Below are positions 53,135-61,042 of a stretch of DNA of 64,000 bases, in pieces (positions within the stretch are counted from its first letter, which is position 1; each line of letters starts with the position of its first letter). Origin of the DNA: a virus (Duplodnaviria > Caudoviricetes); the IMG/VR virus record IMGVR_UViG_3300037418_002116; one strand, written 5' to 3'. Both the position numbers and the translations under genes were made by a program. Below the pieces are notes generated by a model. The model saw only the letters and a program-made list of their open reading frames with translations. It was not told where the DNA came from and made no database searches.

Positions 53135-53419
53135 TCAGTAAAAGACCACATCCATTCCCAAGGTATCACACTTTTGGGGAAGTTCATTCACGGCGTCGAA
53201 ATCCTGAATGGCCTGAACACCATCGTCACCGGTCAATTCAGTTTCCGCCACGACCAGAGCGGCATAAAAGCCGATTAGCGGTGCATTCTTGGCACTGGTT
53301 ACGATTGCGCCGGTCGGCCTGCCCATCATGCCACGCCCGGAATAATCCGAACGGAATTCGGCTTCAACGCCAAAATTCTGCATCAAGTCCACAATTTTTT
53401 CTGCGAATTCAACCTTCAT
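53135..53419 (-). CDS. Hypothetical protein
   Basis: DYSGRGMMG motif common in small phage proteins. Confidence 0.7.
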   Translation of the reverse strand: MKVEFAEKIVDLMQNFGVEAEFRSDYSGRGMMGRPTGAIVTSAKNAPLIGFYAALVVAETELTGDDGVQAIQDFDAVNELPQKCDTLGMDVVFY

Positions 53420-53427
53420 GATTTTTC

Positions 53428-53763
53428 TCAAATTTTCGGGAGCGGATTTTCTTCGTTTACAACTTCTGCCACACGCTTCCAATGCGATAGCGGCAAGTTG
53501 TAAACGTGCATGTCTGGTGTTGGTGCCAGCAACCATGACTCGACGTTGAACAATTGTCCAGCCAAGCTATTGTCAGCACCAAACATCGCCTGAACGATCA
53601 CACAACCCGGCTTCCGGAGCTTGCAATCGAAGGCAATTTTGACATTTGGGTCGGCTTCTGCCTTGGCTTTCATGTCTTCCTCAAACAAATCTTCCATGGC
53701 ACAATGACCGCAAATATCTTGATCTTCGATATCAGCTTCATTGGAACACCGAACACATTTCAT
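53428..53763 (-). CDS. Hypothetical zinc-binding protein
   Basis: CVRC...CGHC. Confidence 0.65.
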   Translation of the reverse strand: MKCVRCSNEADIEDQDICGHCAMEDLFEEDMKAKAEADPNVKIAFDCKLRKPGCVIVQAMFGADNSLAGQLFNVESWLLAPTPDMHVYNLPLSHWKRVAEVVNEENPLPKI

Positions 53764-53991
53764 TTAAGTTCTCCGGAAGAGCCCATAGAACACGATGTAG
53801 AAGAAATCAATCATCGTGATCACAACATAGAAGGTGATGACTCGATCCCACATGATGTTGGCCGATGATTCCAGAACCATCATATTCCAAACAATGGGGA
53901 CGACGAAACCAGCGCCGTTGGCCACGATTAGCACGAGCAAAAGAAATTTCTTCATGCTATCGGGAATAATGTATTCCAAAAAATCTAACAT
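53764..53991 (-). CDS. Small membrane protein
   Basis: Two hydrophobic segments. Confidence 0.6.
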   Translation of the reverse strand: MLDFLEYIIPDSMKKFLLLVLIVANGAGFVVPIVWNMMVLESSANIMWDRVITFYVVITMIDFFYIVFYGLFRRT

Positions 53992-54213
53992 TTAGCCTCC
54001 GTCGATGTTGCTTTCGTGCATCACCACGAAATTGTATTCCTTCATTGCCTCGATAAGCTTGATAGCACGGGCGATCTTGACGTTTTTGCGCTGGATAGTC
54101 AGGCGATCAAAGCTTTTGCCGGTCGCACCCTGTTCGACCATCCACATTGCCCTTGCAAGCTCATATTCGCCTTCACCGGGATACGAATTCAATTCTTCTC
54201 TCTTGTTAGTCAT
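53992..54213 (-). CDS. Hypothetical protein
   Basis: ORF in array. Confidence 0.6.
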   Translation of the reverse strand: MTNKREELNSYPGEGEYELARAMWMVEQGATGKSFDRLTIQRKNVKIARAIKLIEAMKEYNFVVMHESNIDGG

Positions 54214-54439
54214 GGTGATATTCGAGTCCCGTGGTCAGACGCTTAAGGCCGGTCAAATCGCCGCCAAGAGCATCAAGAATGTCTTCAAGGATGCCGATAC
54301 GATCCTTGGCCTTGCCGACAAGTTCAACCTTGGTTGGATGGCCATCGGTTGCCATTCCGGCCAACTCTTCATTGTACTTTTTGTACTTTCCGAGCATGAC
54401 CTTGATTTGCAAAAGCTCTTTCTGTTGAAGCGTAGCCAT
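54206..54439 (-). CDS. Hypothetical protein
   Basis: TAATG overlap. Confidence 0.65.
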   Translation of the reverse strand: MATLQQKELLQIKVMLGKYKKYNEELAGMATDGHPTKVELVGKAKDRIGILEDILDALGGDLTGLKRLTTGLEYHHD

Positions 54440-54744
54440 TACAGGTGAGTCTCCAAACCAGTCTGTTCCGTGAAAATCTTCTGCAATTGGTCGAAATAGA
54501 CGCCGCCAACCGTGTAGATGATCTTCGTTGTCAAGTTCTTCATGCTGAACTTGTAGAAGGTCATGCGGTAGGTGTCGTCCACGTCAAGCGTGATGTTGAC
54601 CTTGTTGATGTTGTTCTTTTGGGGAATCTGGAACGTCAGTCCAGCCTCAACCGCCAAGAAGTTCTTTGCGCCAGTCATGGCGATGAAACGATTGCCGCCA
54701 AGCTGCTGCAAAATCGTGGTGGCGATTTCCTTATTCGTGGACAT
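54439..54744 (-). CDS. Hypothetical early protein
   Basis: TILQQLGGNRFIAMTGAK...ITLD..DTY...YFDQL..IF...TGL.T.L, a recurrent phage family. Confidence 0.8.
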   Translation of the reverse strand: MSTNKEIATTILQQLGGNRFIAMTGAKNFLAVEAGLTFQIPQKNNINKVNITLDVDDTYRMTFYKFSMKNLTTKIIYTVGGVYFDQLQKIFTEQTGLETHL

Positions 54745-54774
54745 TCGAATTCCTCTCTTGTCTCTACATTCATC

Positions 54775-54803
54775 AATATAATGAGAATTTAGACGGAGTC
54801 AAG
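54775..54803 (-). promoter_or_regulatory. Early promoter cassette (paralogue of 5934-5997)
   Basis: CTTGAC-N17-TATATT plus ~40-bp shared leader. Confidence 0.8.
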
Positions 54804-55074
54804 AGGGAAAATCCGGAATGGGCTGTTTCATGGTTTTGGAATACCATTCCAGATATTTCTTTCGACCGCCGTTCGATGCCTCACAGAATTCCGGCCAACC
54901 GGAATCTGGATATCGACAAATGCCATTCATCATCAATTGGAAAGTGGTGGCTTCCTCTTGGTAAAGGTTATACTTTACCCATCGCAGTTCATGGTTCTGC
55001 ATATAGGCAAAGTATCCAAGCCCACTCGAAATGGCGACAAGAACAAAAATGCAGATGTTTTTAACCATCACCAA
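54799..55074 (-). CDS. Membrane-anchored hypothetical protein
   Basis: N-terminal TM. Confidence 0.6.
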   Translation of the reverse strand: MVMVKNICIFVLVAISSGLGYFAYMQNHELRWVKYNLYQEEATTFQLMMNGICRYPDSGWPEFCEASNGGRKKYLEWYSKTMKQPIPDFPS

Positions 55075-55277
55075 CCCCCTACTTGCTGAACATTGTCCCT
55101 CGAAAAGAAAACTTCATACCGAGTCCCATTGACTTCGACATGAATGTAATCCGGATTGCTTGAAGTTCGAACGATTTCGCCAGTGAGTCGTTCGCCATCC
55201 GGACCATCGAATTCAACGATGCCGCCGAGGTTCCACCAGTTACGATAATCGTCTTGCGGGCGGTAAACGTTGCTCAT
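55068..55277 (-). CDS. Hypothetical SH3-like small protein
   Basis: GGIVEF...GEIV..IHVE beta pattern. Confidence 0.6.
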   Translation of the reverse strand: MSNVYRPQDDYRNWWNLGGIVEFDGPDGERLTGEIVRTSSNPDYIHVEVNGTRYEVFFSRDNVQQVGGW

Positions 55278-55283
55278 TGATCC

Positions 55284-55496
55284 TTACTCAATAATTGTAA
55301 AGAATACGGCAGACTTGTAGCCGAGCTTATCCCATAACCGGCGAACCGTGGATTCGTTCATCTTTGGTGGGACGTGAACGATCACAGAAGCATCATTTGA
55401 ATGATCAATTCTTTCGGACAAAATGGAATGAACACTAAGAAAAGACCGGAAATTTCGAGCCTGTGTGCTTCGCATTGGCCCAACCATAACCTTCAT
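55284..55496 (-). CDS. Hypothetical protein
   Basis: GAGGA RBS. Confidence 0.6.
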   Translation of the reverse strand: MKVMVGPMRSTQARNFRSFLSVHSILSERIDHSNDASVIVHVPPKMNESTVRRLWDKLGYKSAVFFTIIE

Positions 55497-55499
55497 TGT

Positions 55500-55703
55500 T
55501 CATTCCTCCGTAAGTGACACGTATTCTTCGCCGGGACCGAATGTTGATTTTGTCACAACATTCTTTTTGACCAGCGAAGAAACTACACCAGCAATCGACT
55601 TCTGATCGATCCCGGCATAGATGGCGATTTCGTTGGAATAGATGCCGCCATCACGATCTTTCAGTGCGGCAACAACCTTCTTTTCCAGTTCGGTAAGTTC
55701 CAT
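55500..55703 (-). CDS. Winged helix-turn-helix protein
   Basis: LTELEKKVVAAL...IYSNEIAIYAGIDQKSIAGVVSSLVKKNVV. Confidence 0.72.
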   Translation of the reverse strand: MELTELEKKVVAALKDRDGGIYSNEIAIYAGIDQKSIAGVVSSLVKKNVVTKSTFGPGEEYVSLTEE

Positions 55704-55704
55704 T

Positions 55705-55992
55705 TCATTCCTCCGTTGGCAGTCCGTCCGGCAGAGGACTCCAGTGAGTCCACTCAAAGCCGTGATATCCACCGGCAACGCCCTTTAATTCGTCGCCAAG
55801 GTCCATGATGAAGCCGATTGCCGGACCATTCTTGGCGCTGCCGAGCAGAACGTACTTGTATCCCTTGTCACCGCTATAGGGCTTCGACAAGGGAGCGTTC
55901 TCATCGATCTTATACCACTTTGGTGATTCAATCATAATCAATCCTCCACCTTCGAAATGCCCAAATCGGCAGAATTCCATCCGGATTCCCAC
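55705..55992 (-). CDS. Hypothetical protein (DUF551-like W..LP end; start internal)
   Basis: WTHWSPLPD C-terminus. Confidence 0.6.
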   Translation of the reverse strand: MGIRMEFCRFGHFEGGGLIMIESPKWYKIDENAPLSKPYSGDKGYKYVLLGSAKNGPAIGFIMDLGDELKGVAGGYHGFEWTHWSPLPDGLPTEE

Positions 55993-56087
55993 GCTTCCTT
56001 TTCGTCACCAGAAGCATACGGGCATTCTCCCGTGGTTTCACGGGCATGTGCACCGTCAAGCCAGATCGACCAAAGTTCAGAAAACAT
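55938..56087 (-). CDS. Ribosome-modulation-factor (RMF)-like small protein
   Basis: G.HA...GECPY...KEAWESGW pattern. Confidence 0.5.
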   Translation of the reverse strand: MFSELWSIWLDGAHARETTGECPYASGDEKEAWESGWNSADLGISKVED

Positions 56088-56107
56088 CGGGTAGCTGTTC
56101 AACTTCT

Positions 56108-56314
56108 TCACAGAAGGCCATCCTTCGCTGCCTGCATCATCGCCGCATCGTGTGCCTTCACGGCCTTGGACACGGCCATTTGAGCCGCCCGATAGGACTT
56201 GAAGACCTTGCCAACCGGGATGCTGAAACCAGACACAGTGCATTCGTCCTTGTCGGCGTAACCGTGGATGTACATGCCTTTGTAGTTGTGAGTGAACATT
56301 TCCGTCGTCTCCAT
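56108..56314 (-). CDS. Hypothetical early protein
   Basis: First gene after the promoter at 56325-56353. Confidence 0.7.
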   Translation of the reverse strand: METTEMFTHNYKGMYIHGYADKDECTVSGFSIPVGKVFKSYRAAQMAVSKAVKAHDAAMMQAAKDGLL

Positions 56315-56324
56315 TCGCTCATTT

Positions 56325-56353
56325 ATATAATGAGAATATTGGAGAATGTCAAC
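56325..56353 (-). promoter_or_regulatory. Early promoter
   Basis: GTTGAC-N17-TTATAT; CTCATT/AATGAG flanks the -10. Confidence 0.82.
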
Positions 56354-56854
56354 TCACCCATGCAAAGAATTTTGAATATGGAGTGTTATGCGATCATACT
56401 CTTCTGCCTTGGCATTCGTAAGCTCATGAAATGTCTTCACATATTTGTCGATTCTCGCCCTATCTTTTTCGGAAATTCCCTTCAAACGTCTAGGGTCCAT
56501 ATTGTGGCGAAGATCGGCAAGCTTCACCCGAATCGCATCGATGTTGGTTTTGATTCTCTCCACATATTCTTCATTGGTTTGGCCGGGAACCTTGGTCAAA
56601 AGCCGAACGGCATCAATCACTCGCTTGGGCATCCCAATGTCTTTGAGCGCTTGGTAACCTTCCTCATGCCGTCCCTCGAAACAATCCTCGATAACGTCAT
56701 GCAGAACGGCGATTGCCATTAACTCTTCGTCATTGCTCTTCACCAAATACATGACTTTGAGAACGTGCAGGATATATGGCATCCCTGCCCGGTCGAATTG
56801 GCCGTGGTGCATTTTGGTAGCGAATGCGATGGCTTCTGAAATTATGTGCTTCAT
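56354..56854 (-). CDS. HD-domain hydrolase, (p)ppGpp hydrolase/Mesh1-like
   Basis: AIAFA..HHGQ.D..G.PYILH, AVLHDVIED, LLTK, VKLADLRHN. Confidence 0.85.
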   Translation of the reverse strand: MKHIISEAIAFATKMHHGQFDRAGMPYILHVLKVMYLVKSNDEELMAIAVLHDVIEDCFEGRHEEGYQALKDIGMPKRVIDAVRLLTKVPGQTNEEYVERIKTNIDAIRVKLADLRHNMDPRRLKGISEKDRARIDKYVKTFHELTNAKAEEYDRITLHIQNSLHG

Positions 56855-56955
56855 GTTTGGCCTTCCTTTTTCTTAATATAAACAGGCAATTATAGAATGC
56901 AATAAAAAAGGGCAGGATTTCTCCCGCCCTTTCTCCCAAAAATTGCGGGAGTGAA

Positions 56956-57852
56956 TTATTTGCCGAATGCGGCGACGATGTTGGCTTTCGCCCGGTTGGC
57001 ATAGGTGATGAAGTCACCCAATGCCTTGTCGTCGCCCATACGCTGCGGGTTGACATAGACACCGGCAAGCCACGAAATCGTCTCACGCTTGCCGCCCATC
57101 CAACCCTGCAAACTGGTGTAGGTGCGGGGCATCTTCACGAATTCGTAAAGCGGCTTGCCACGGATATCCAGAGCATTGTTGAAGCTCCAATCCGACGCTT
57201 CGGCCAAAACGACCTGATCCGAATAGGAGTCGTTTGCTTCCTGAATAGTCGGGTTCGGCAAACCAGCCGCCACAATCATGCACGTTGTGTCACCGGATGC
57301 GACAGAGCCGAGAGCAATCTTGTCGATTTCGTTCTTGGTCGGAACATCCTTGTAGGCGTCCTTTTCATGAACGAAGTTCTGCCATACAGCCCATGCGCCC
57401 GAACCTTCCGGCCCGATGTTCACGGAATAGGGCATTCCGGAAGCATCCTTGCCGCCCGGCAGACTGGAAAGATCGGTCACGCCCGAGTCCTTGTTGCAAA
57501 GGACTTGAAGGTATTCCCGATGAAGCTGCGCAATCTGCTTGATCGGCAGCGACGGGTTCTTGCGCTTGGCATAGACCACGGCGTCCGGCTGGCCAATGAA
57601 GGCTTCGCAGGCTTCCGGATCGGCCGAATCGACATCGACGGTACGGCGAACGTTGTCGATGGAGCCTTTCGAAGCCTCCACATGCAAGTTGATGGTCGAA
57701 GAGCCCGATGTGGCATCCTTGATATAGTTGCCAGCGGTGTAATAGATACCGCCTTCACCGCCCGTGCAGAGATTGATTTGCAGCGGTGCCGCATGTGCCA
57801 CGCTGGCCAAGCCAAGGGCACAAAGCCCGGCCAAAAAGATTCGCTTGATCAT
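56956..57852 (-). CDS. TAXI-family TRAP transporter solute-binding protein
   Basis: Signal peptide; CTGGEGGIYY, SKGSIDNV, LHREYLQV, GSGA. Confidence 0.82.
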   Translation of the reverse strand: MIKRIFLAGLCALGLASVAHAAPLQINLCTGGEGGIYYTAGNYIKDATSGSSTINLHVEASKGSIDNVRRTVDVDSADPEACEAFIGQPDAVVYAKRKNPSLPIKQIAQLHREYLQVLCNKDSGVTDLSSLPGGKDASGMPYSVNIGPEGSGAWAVWQNFVHEKDAYKDVPTKNEIDKIALGSVASGDTTCMIVAAGLPNPTIQEANDSYSDQVVLAEASDWSFNNALDIRGKPLYEFVKMPRTYTSLQGWMGGKRETISWLAGVYVNPQRMGDDKALGDFITYANRAKANIVAAFGK

Positions 57853-57859
57853 GATGTGT

Positions 57860-58285
57860 TCAGTCCTTTTTCAAAAGTTTGTTGGCGATATCAGATGCAG
57901 TCTTGCCGTCATACAGGTTTGGATATTGGGTTTTCAACAAACCCATGATCGCCCCTATATTTGCCTTTCCGTCATCAATCGCTGTTTTGATGATAACGGT
58001 AAGTTCCGTTTCCGATAGTAGTTTCGGTATGTACTGATCGAGAATTTTGCGTTCCTGCATCAGTTGGGCACTGTCTGGCATATGTTCAAGGGATTCGTCA
58101 ATACCTTTTCCAAACTTTTTTATGACAGATGATGCCACATCATCGGAAACGACCTTGTTCCCGTCAACAACAGTAGCCTTGGCTTCCATTTCTCCCGAAA
58201 GAGTAGAAAGGAATGTGGCGGTCGTTGTGTCCCGAGCTTTTCGGGCATTCAAAAGATCATGCTTGATTTGTGCGAAGATTGACAT
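57860..58285 (-). CDS. YqeY/GatB-domain protein
   Basis: IKHDL..ARKARD, E..IL..YIPK.LSE.EL, IGAIMG, YDGK.AS. Confidence 0.88.
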   Translation of the reverse strand: MSIFAQIKHDLLNARKARDTTTATFLSTLSGEMEAKATVVDGNKVVSDDVASSVIKKFGKGIDESLEHMPDSAQLMQERKILDQYIPKLLSETELTVIIKTAIDDGKANIGAIMGLLKTQYPNLYDGKTASDIANKLLKKD

Positions 58286-58514
58286 TTCTTTCCCTTATCG
58301 CATCTGCTACTTTGTCGAGGAACGTGTATTCCCCGGTTGCATCATCGTATTCCACAGGGACTTCGGTATCCCAACTGGAATTGCTGGTCGCATCGATGAT
58401 CCGAATACATCCGATGTGGATAACTTTTATCCAGTACGGTCGTTCATCAACAGTGAAATCTCGGAATCCTCTTGGCTTTCCCGAGCGTTTAGGTCTTTTC
58501 TTTTTCGGTTCCAT
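58257..58514 (-). CDS. Hypothetical basic protein
   Basis: ORF in array. Confidence 0.55.
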   Translation of the reverse strand: MEPKKKRPKRSGKPRGFRDFTVDERPYWIKVIHIGCIRIIDATSNSSWDTEVPVEYDDATGEYTFLDKVADAIRERNVNLRTNQA

Positions 58515-58920
58515 TTTGGAGTATCCCGATTGTCACATGGAATTTGGTGTAGTCTGGCAACCCTAGGGAGCTTCGAATTTCCCGAATTCCATCCGAGTAA
58601 ACATCTAGGAACCAATGCGTTGGCGGCTTGTCCCCGGTCGTGTCGCCCGAGTAGCGAACGATTGGTTCGTATGAAAACTCGATTTCCTTTTTGTCGAACA
58701 ATGCCGCTACTGGAAAATTTTCAGGCGGATTGACCTTGGAAATGGTTATATGCGATTTCCATGAAGGTTTCAAGAGGTTGATATAATTATGTTTTAAAAC
58801 CAGATAGCGATAGTATCTGGTTAATTCCTCACATGTCGTTGCTGTAACCAGAAAATCAGTGTCATATTTGATTTTAGCGGGATTACGGATGACTTGGACG
58901 GTTGCAATGGAGGTAAACAT
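58489..58920 (-). CDS. 2H phosphoesterase-like protein
   Basis: Two HxT motifs (SHITIS, FHVTIG) about 70 aa apart; start at MFTSIAT after tRNA-Asp. Confidence 0.7.
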   Translation of the reverse strand: MFTSIATVQVIRNPAKIKYDTDFLVTATTCEELTRYYRYLVLKHNYINLLKPSWKSHITISKVNPPENFPVAALFDKKEIEFSYEPIVRYSGDTTGDKPPTHWFLDVYSDGIREIRSSLGLPDYTKFHVTIGILQNGTEKEKT

Positions 58921-58940
58921 TTGAATTTTTGAAAAGAAGG

Positions 58941-59015
58941 TGGCGAACGTGGCGGGAGTTGAACCCGCCCTAACTCTTAGACAGAGAGTCGTGCGTACCG
59001 ATACACTACACGTCC
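58941..59015 (-). tRNA. tRNA-Asp(GTC)
   Basis: ACTCT-CTGTCTA-AGAGT; GCCA end. Confidence 0.9.
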
Positions 59016-59092
59016 GAATGCCAAGGCGGTCCCCATACGGTGAACCTTTCGGCTTATCCACAGGAACTTTCGTTCATCGTGGTCCTATTTTG

Positions 59093-59180
59093 TGGCGGAG
59101 AGCGGGCTGTGTCGATCACCATGCCTTTCGGCACCATCCGCTTTCAAGGCGGCGGGGGAGGCCGCTCCCCATCACTCTCC
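59093..59180 (-). tRNA. Atypical tRNA-Ser(TGA), 8-bp acceptor / short T-stem
   Basis: GGAGAGTG/CGCTCTCC+GCCA; 6-bp D-stem; loop CTTGAAA; T-loop ATCGACA. Confidence 0.78.
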
Positions 59181-59332
59181 AATTGGTTATTTAGCTCGAT
59201 AAATCCAAAATTTATTAGACCCTTTTGGTAAAATACCGGCTAAATCTAGCATCTTTCCCAAAGAGCGATTTGTGGAGTCACTGCATCTCTTTACAGCTTA
59301 CATCACACAATCCGACATTCCTGTTCCGGATG

Positions 59333-59449
59333 CTAATTTCCTAATAACGCTGACCAGAATATATGGATTGCACGACCGGTTCTTTCGGGTTCGAAAACTA
59401 TCATCCCTATCAGAAAAAGCCACGCTAAACCACGCATATCCATGTTCAT
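59333..59449 (-). CDS. 38-aa membrane peptide (hand-called)
   Basis: MNMDMRGLAWLFLIGMIVFEPERTGRAIHIFWSALLGN; AGGAG RBS; early and late promoters directly upstream. Confidence 0.5.
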   Translation of the reverse strand: MNMDMRGLAWLFLIGMIVFEPERTGRAIHIFWSALLGN

Positions 59450-59455
59450 TGCTCC

Positions 59456-59494
59456 TATTTATACGAATATAATAGGAATTTAGGAAATGTCAAG
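59456..59494 (-). promoter_or_regulatory. Tandem early plus late promoter
   Basis: CTTGAC-N17-TATATT followed by TATAAATA; TCCTATT/AATAGGA inverted repeat. Confidence 0.7.
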
Positions 59495-59503
59495 AAATTT
59501 TTT

Positions 59504-59584
59504 TGGAGCATCTGATAGGATTCGAACCTACATGTTTCCGGATTAACCTTTCTACACGTTCGTAGCGTGAGGGTATACAGATGC
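59504..59584 (-). tRNA. Atypical tRNA-Arg(ACG)-like gene lacking a normal D-arm
   Basis: GCATCTG/CAGATGC+TCCA; CACG-CTACGAA-CGTG; about 22-nt variable region; canonical T-arm. Confidence 0.7.
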
Positions 59585-59617
59585 AATGTCCTTATTTATA
59601 CAACAAATTGGTGCTTG

Positions 59618-59908
59618 TCAAGAATAATTTACGTATGAGTGGAATTTCATAAATCCAACGCCATTTTTCAGACGCCGGAAATGTTCAACAATCATCGGCG
59701 GCGTGTTTTCGGTAATGGTGTCAGAGATTTCGATAGCTATATGATAGTACTCGTAAATCTGACAGTCTTGAATCATTTCGGCTTTGAATGCATCTGCATC
59801 CTTGGCCCAAGACACATAATAAATCTGTTGAAAGCCTTCGCCGGTGGCAAAGTAATCCATGATACCATAGTATCGTTTATATTCAGTTTCGGTTTCTGTG
59901 TCGCTCAC
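59618..59908 (-). CDS. Hypothetical protein
   Basis: ORF in array. Confidence 0.6.
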   Translation of the reverse strand: MSDTETETEYKRYYGIMDYFATGEGFQQIYYVSWAKDADAFKAEMIQDCQIYEYYHIAIEISDTITENTPPMIVEHFRRLKNGVGFMKFHSYVNYS

Positions 59909-60355
59909 TTACTTTTTCCAAACATAATCGAACTTGATTGGCGGCTTCTCGACTTTACCGACAAATCCGAGCGGGAACACACCGAACACCAGTTCCGGAT
60001 TCTCTTCCAAGCGGGCACGAATGCTATCCTTGGCATCCTTTTCGGTTTTGAAGATCGCCATGGCCGTACTGTTGATTGCCCATTTTTCGCCCTCCACTTC
60101 CGATTCGGAAAGCAGGAACACCAAATACAGAGATGTATCGATCGATGCGCCGTTCGGATTGGCCTTGACCAGTTTGAAATTATTAGACTTGTATTCAGTA
60201 TTCGGATAATTGGAAGAAGACAATTTGATCAACTGACCGTTTGGTCCGTCCCGTACGGAAGTAACTTCATAGGTTCCATTCCGTTCAAGGGAGTAATATG
60301 TGCTGTATTTCTTTTCGTCAATCTGGACGATATCACCGGCATTAAAACGTGGCAT
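59909..60355 (-). CDS. Hypothetical protein with N-terminal SH3/KOW-like domain
   Basis: FNAGDIVQI...YEV pattern. Confidence 0.65.
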   Translation of the reverse strand: MPRFNAGDIVQIDEKKYSTYYSLERNGTYEVTSVRDGPNGQLIKLSSSNYPNTEYKSNNFKLVKANPNGASIDTSLYLVFLLSESEVEGEKWAINSTAMAIFKTEKDAKDSIRARLEENPELVFGVFPLGFVGKVEKPPIKFDYVWKK

Positions 60356-60356
60356 C

Positions 60357-60638
60357 TTATACTTTCTTTATTCTATATTTTGTAATTGTCACTTCGTATG
60401 GTTCTACTTCGACGCATTCGATTTCGTCATCTTCGAACTCATACGGCCCACAATCCTGCATTTCGGTCGCAGGCATTTCAAAAAACGTCTGATAAAACTT
60501 ATCTTCAAATTTGAAGATTAATTCGTGCTGAATTTTCCAGCGAGTTTTGCCAATGGCTTCACTGGACATGATTGTTACAATGTCGTCATCGTGTGTTTCC
60601 CACGCAAGATCGACCAAAAATTCTTTTGCGAATTTCAA
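60357..60638 (-). CDS. Acidic hypothetical protein
   Basis: RW...ELIF...KFY...ATEMQD..P.E...VEC.EVEP.EV.I..Y, a common phage family pattern. Confidence 0.7.
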   Translation of the reverse strand: MKFAKEFLVDLAWETHDDDIVTIMSSEAIGKTRWKIQHELIFKFEDKFYQTFFEMPATEMQDCGPYEFEDDEIECVEVEPYEVTITKYRIKKV

Positions 60639-60657
60639 ATTTTTCTTTCGTAAATTT

Positions 60658-60733
60658 TGGTAAGCCCGGTGGGGTTCGAACCCACGACCTTTCGCTTAAG
60701 AGGCGCTTGCTCTTCCAATTGAGCTACGGGCTT
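60658..60733 (-). tRNA. tRNA-Lys(CTT)
   Basis: Loop CTCTTAA; weak anticodon stem; ACCA. Confidence 0.85.
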
Positions 60734-60759
60734 ACAGTGTTTCTATTTAGCATAAAAAA

Positions 60760-60849
60760 TGGAGGACCGGGTGGGGTTCGAACCCACGTGAGGCTTGCGG
60801 CCTAACCGATTAAAAGTCGGTCCCCTTCGGCCAACTTGGATACCGGTCC
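60760..60849 (-). tRNA. tRNA-Lys(TTT) with long variable arm
   Basis: ACCGA-CTTTTAA-TCGGT; AGGC/GCCT extra arm; TCCA end. Confidence 0.8.
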
Positions 60850-60860
60850 AAACAGAGAGC

Positions 60861-60975
60861 GAGGAATTCGGCTGTTTTGGGACCATAACGGGTACGTCCA
60901 CATTTAACCCCTTTCTCATACTCACCAAAGTAGCCACGTGGGTCTACCGTAAAGGAGCGGGGCACCAAATTCCTC
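60861..60975 (-). ncRNA. Unrecognised structured ncRNA, copy 2 (115 nt)
   Basis: Paralogue of 37802-37953; terminal stem GAGGAATT/AATTCCTC; own promoter. Confidence 0.8.
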
Positions 60976-60993
60976 TTACCGAGGCACAATACT

Positions 60994-61022
60994 TATATAG
61001 AGTATATGTTCTAGAATGTCAA
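60994..61022 (-). promoter_or_regulatory. Promoter of ncRNA copy 2
   Basis: CTTGAC-N17-CTATAT. Confidence 0.85.
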
Positions 61023-61042
61023 GGGAATTATGTGGCACAAAA

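Noticed and set aside
58921-59061. N-terminal extension of ORF 58489-59061 (likewise 51695-51790 and 45140-45191)
   Set aside because: The extensions run through tRNA genes; downstream starts are more plausible
59271-59455. tRNA-like or structured RNA with GGAG...CTCCACA ends
   Set aside because: The 5' part is better explained by a 38-aa membrane ORF with a good RBS; no T-loop and the end is not CCA
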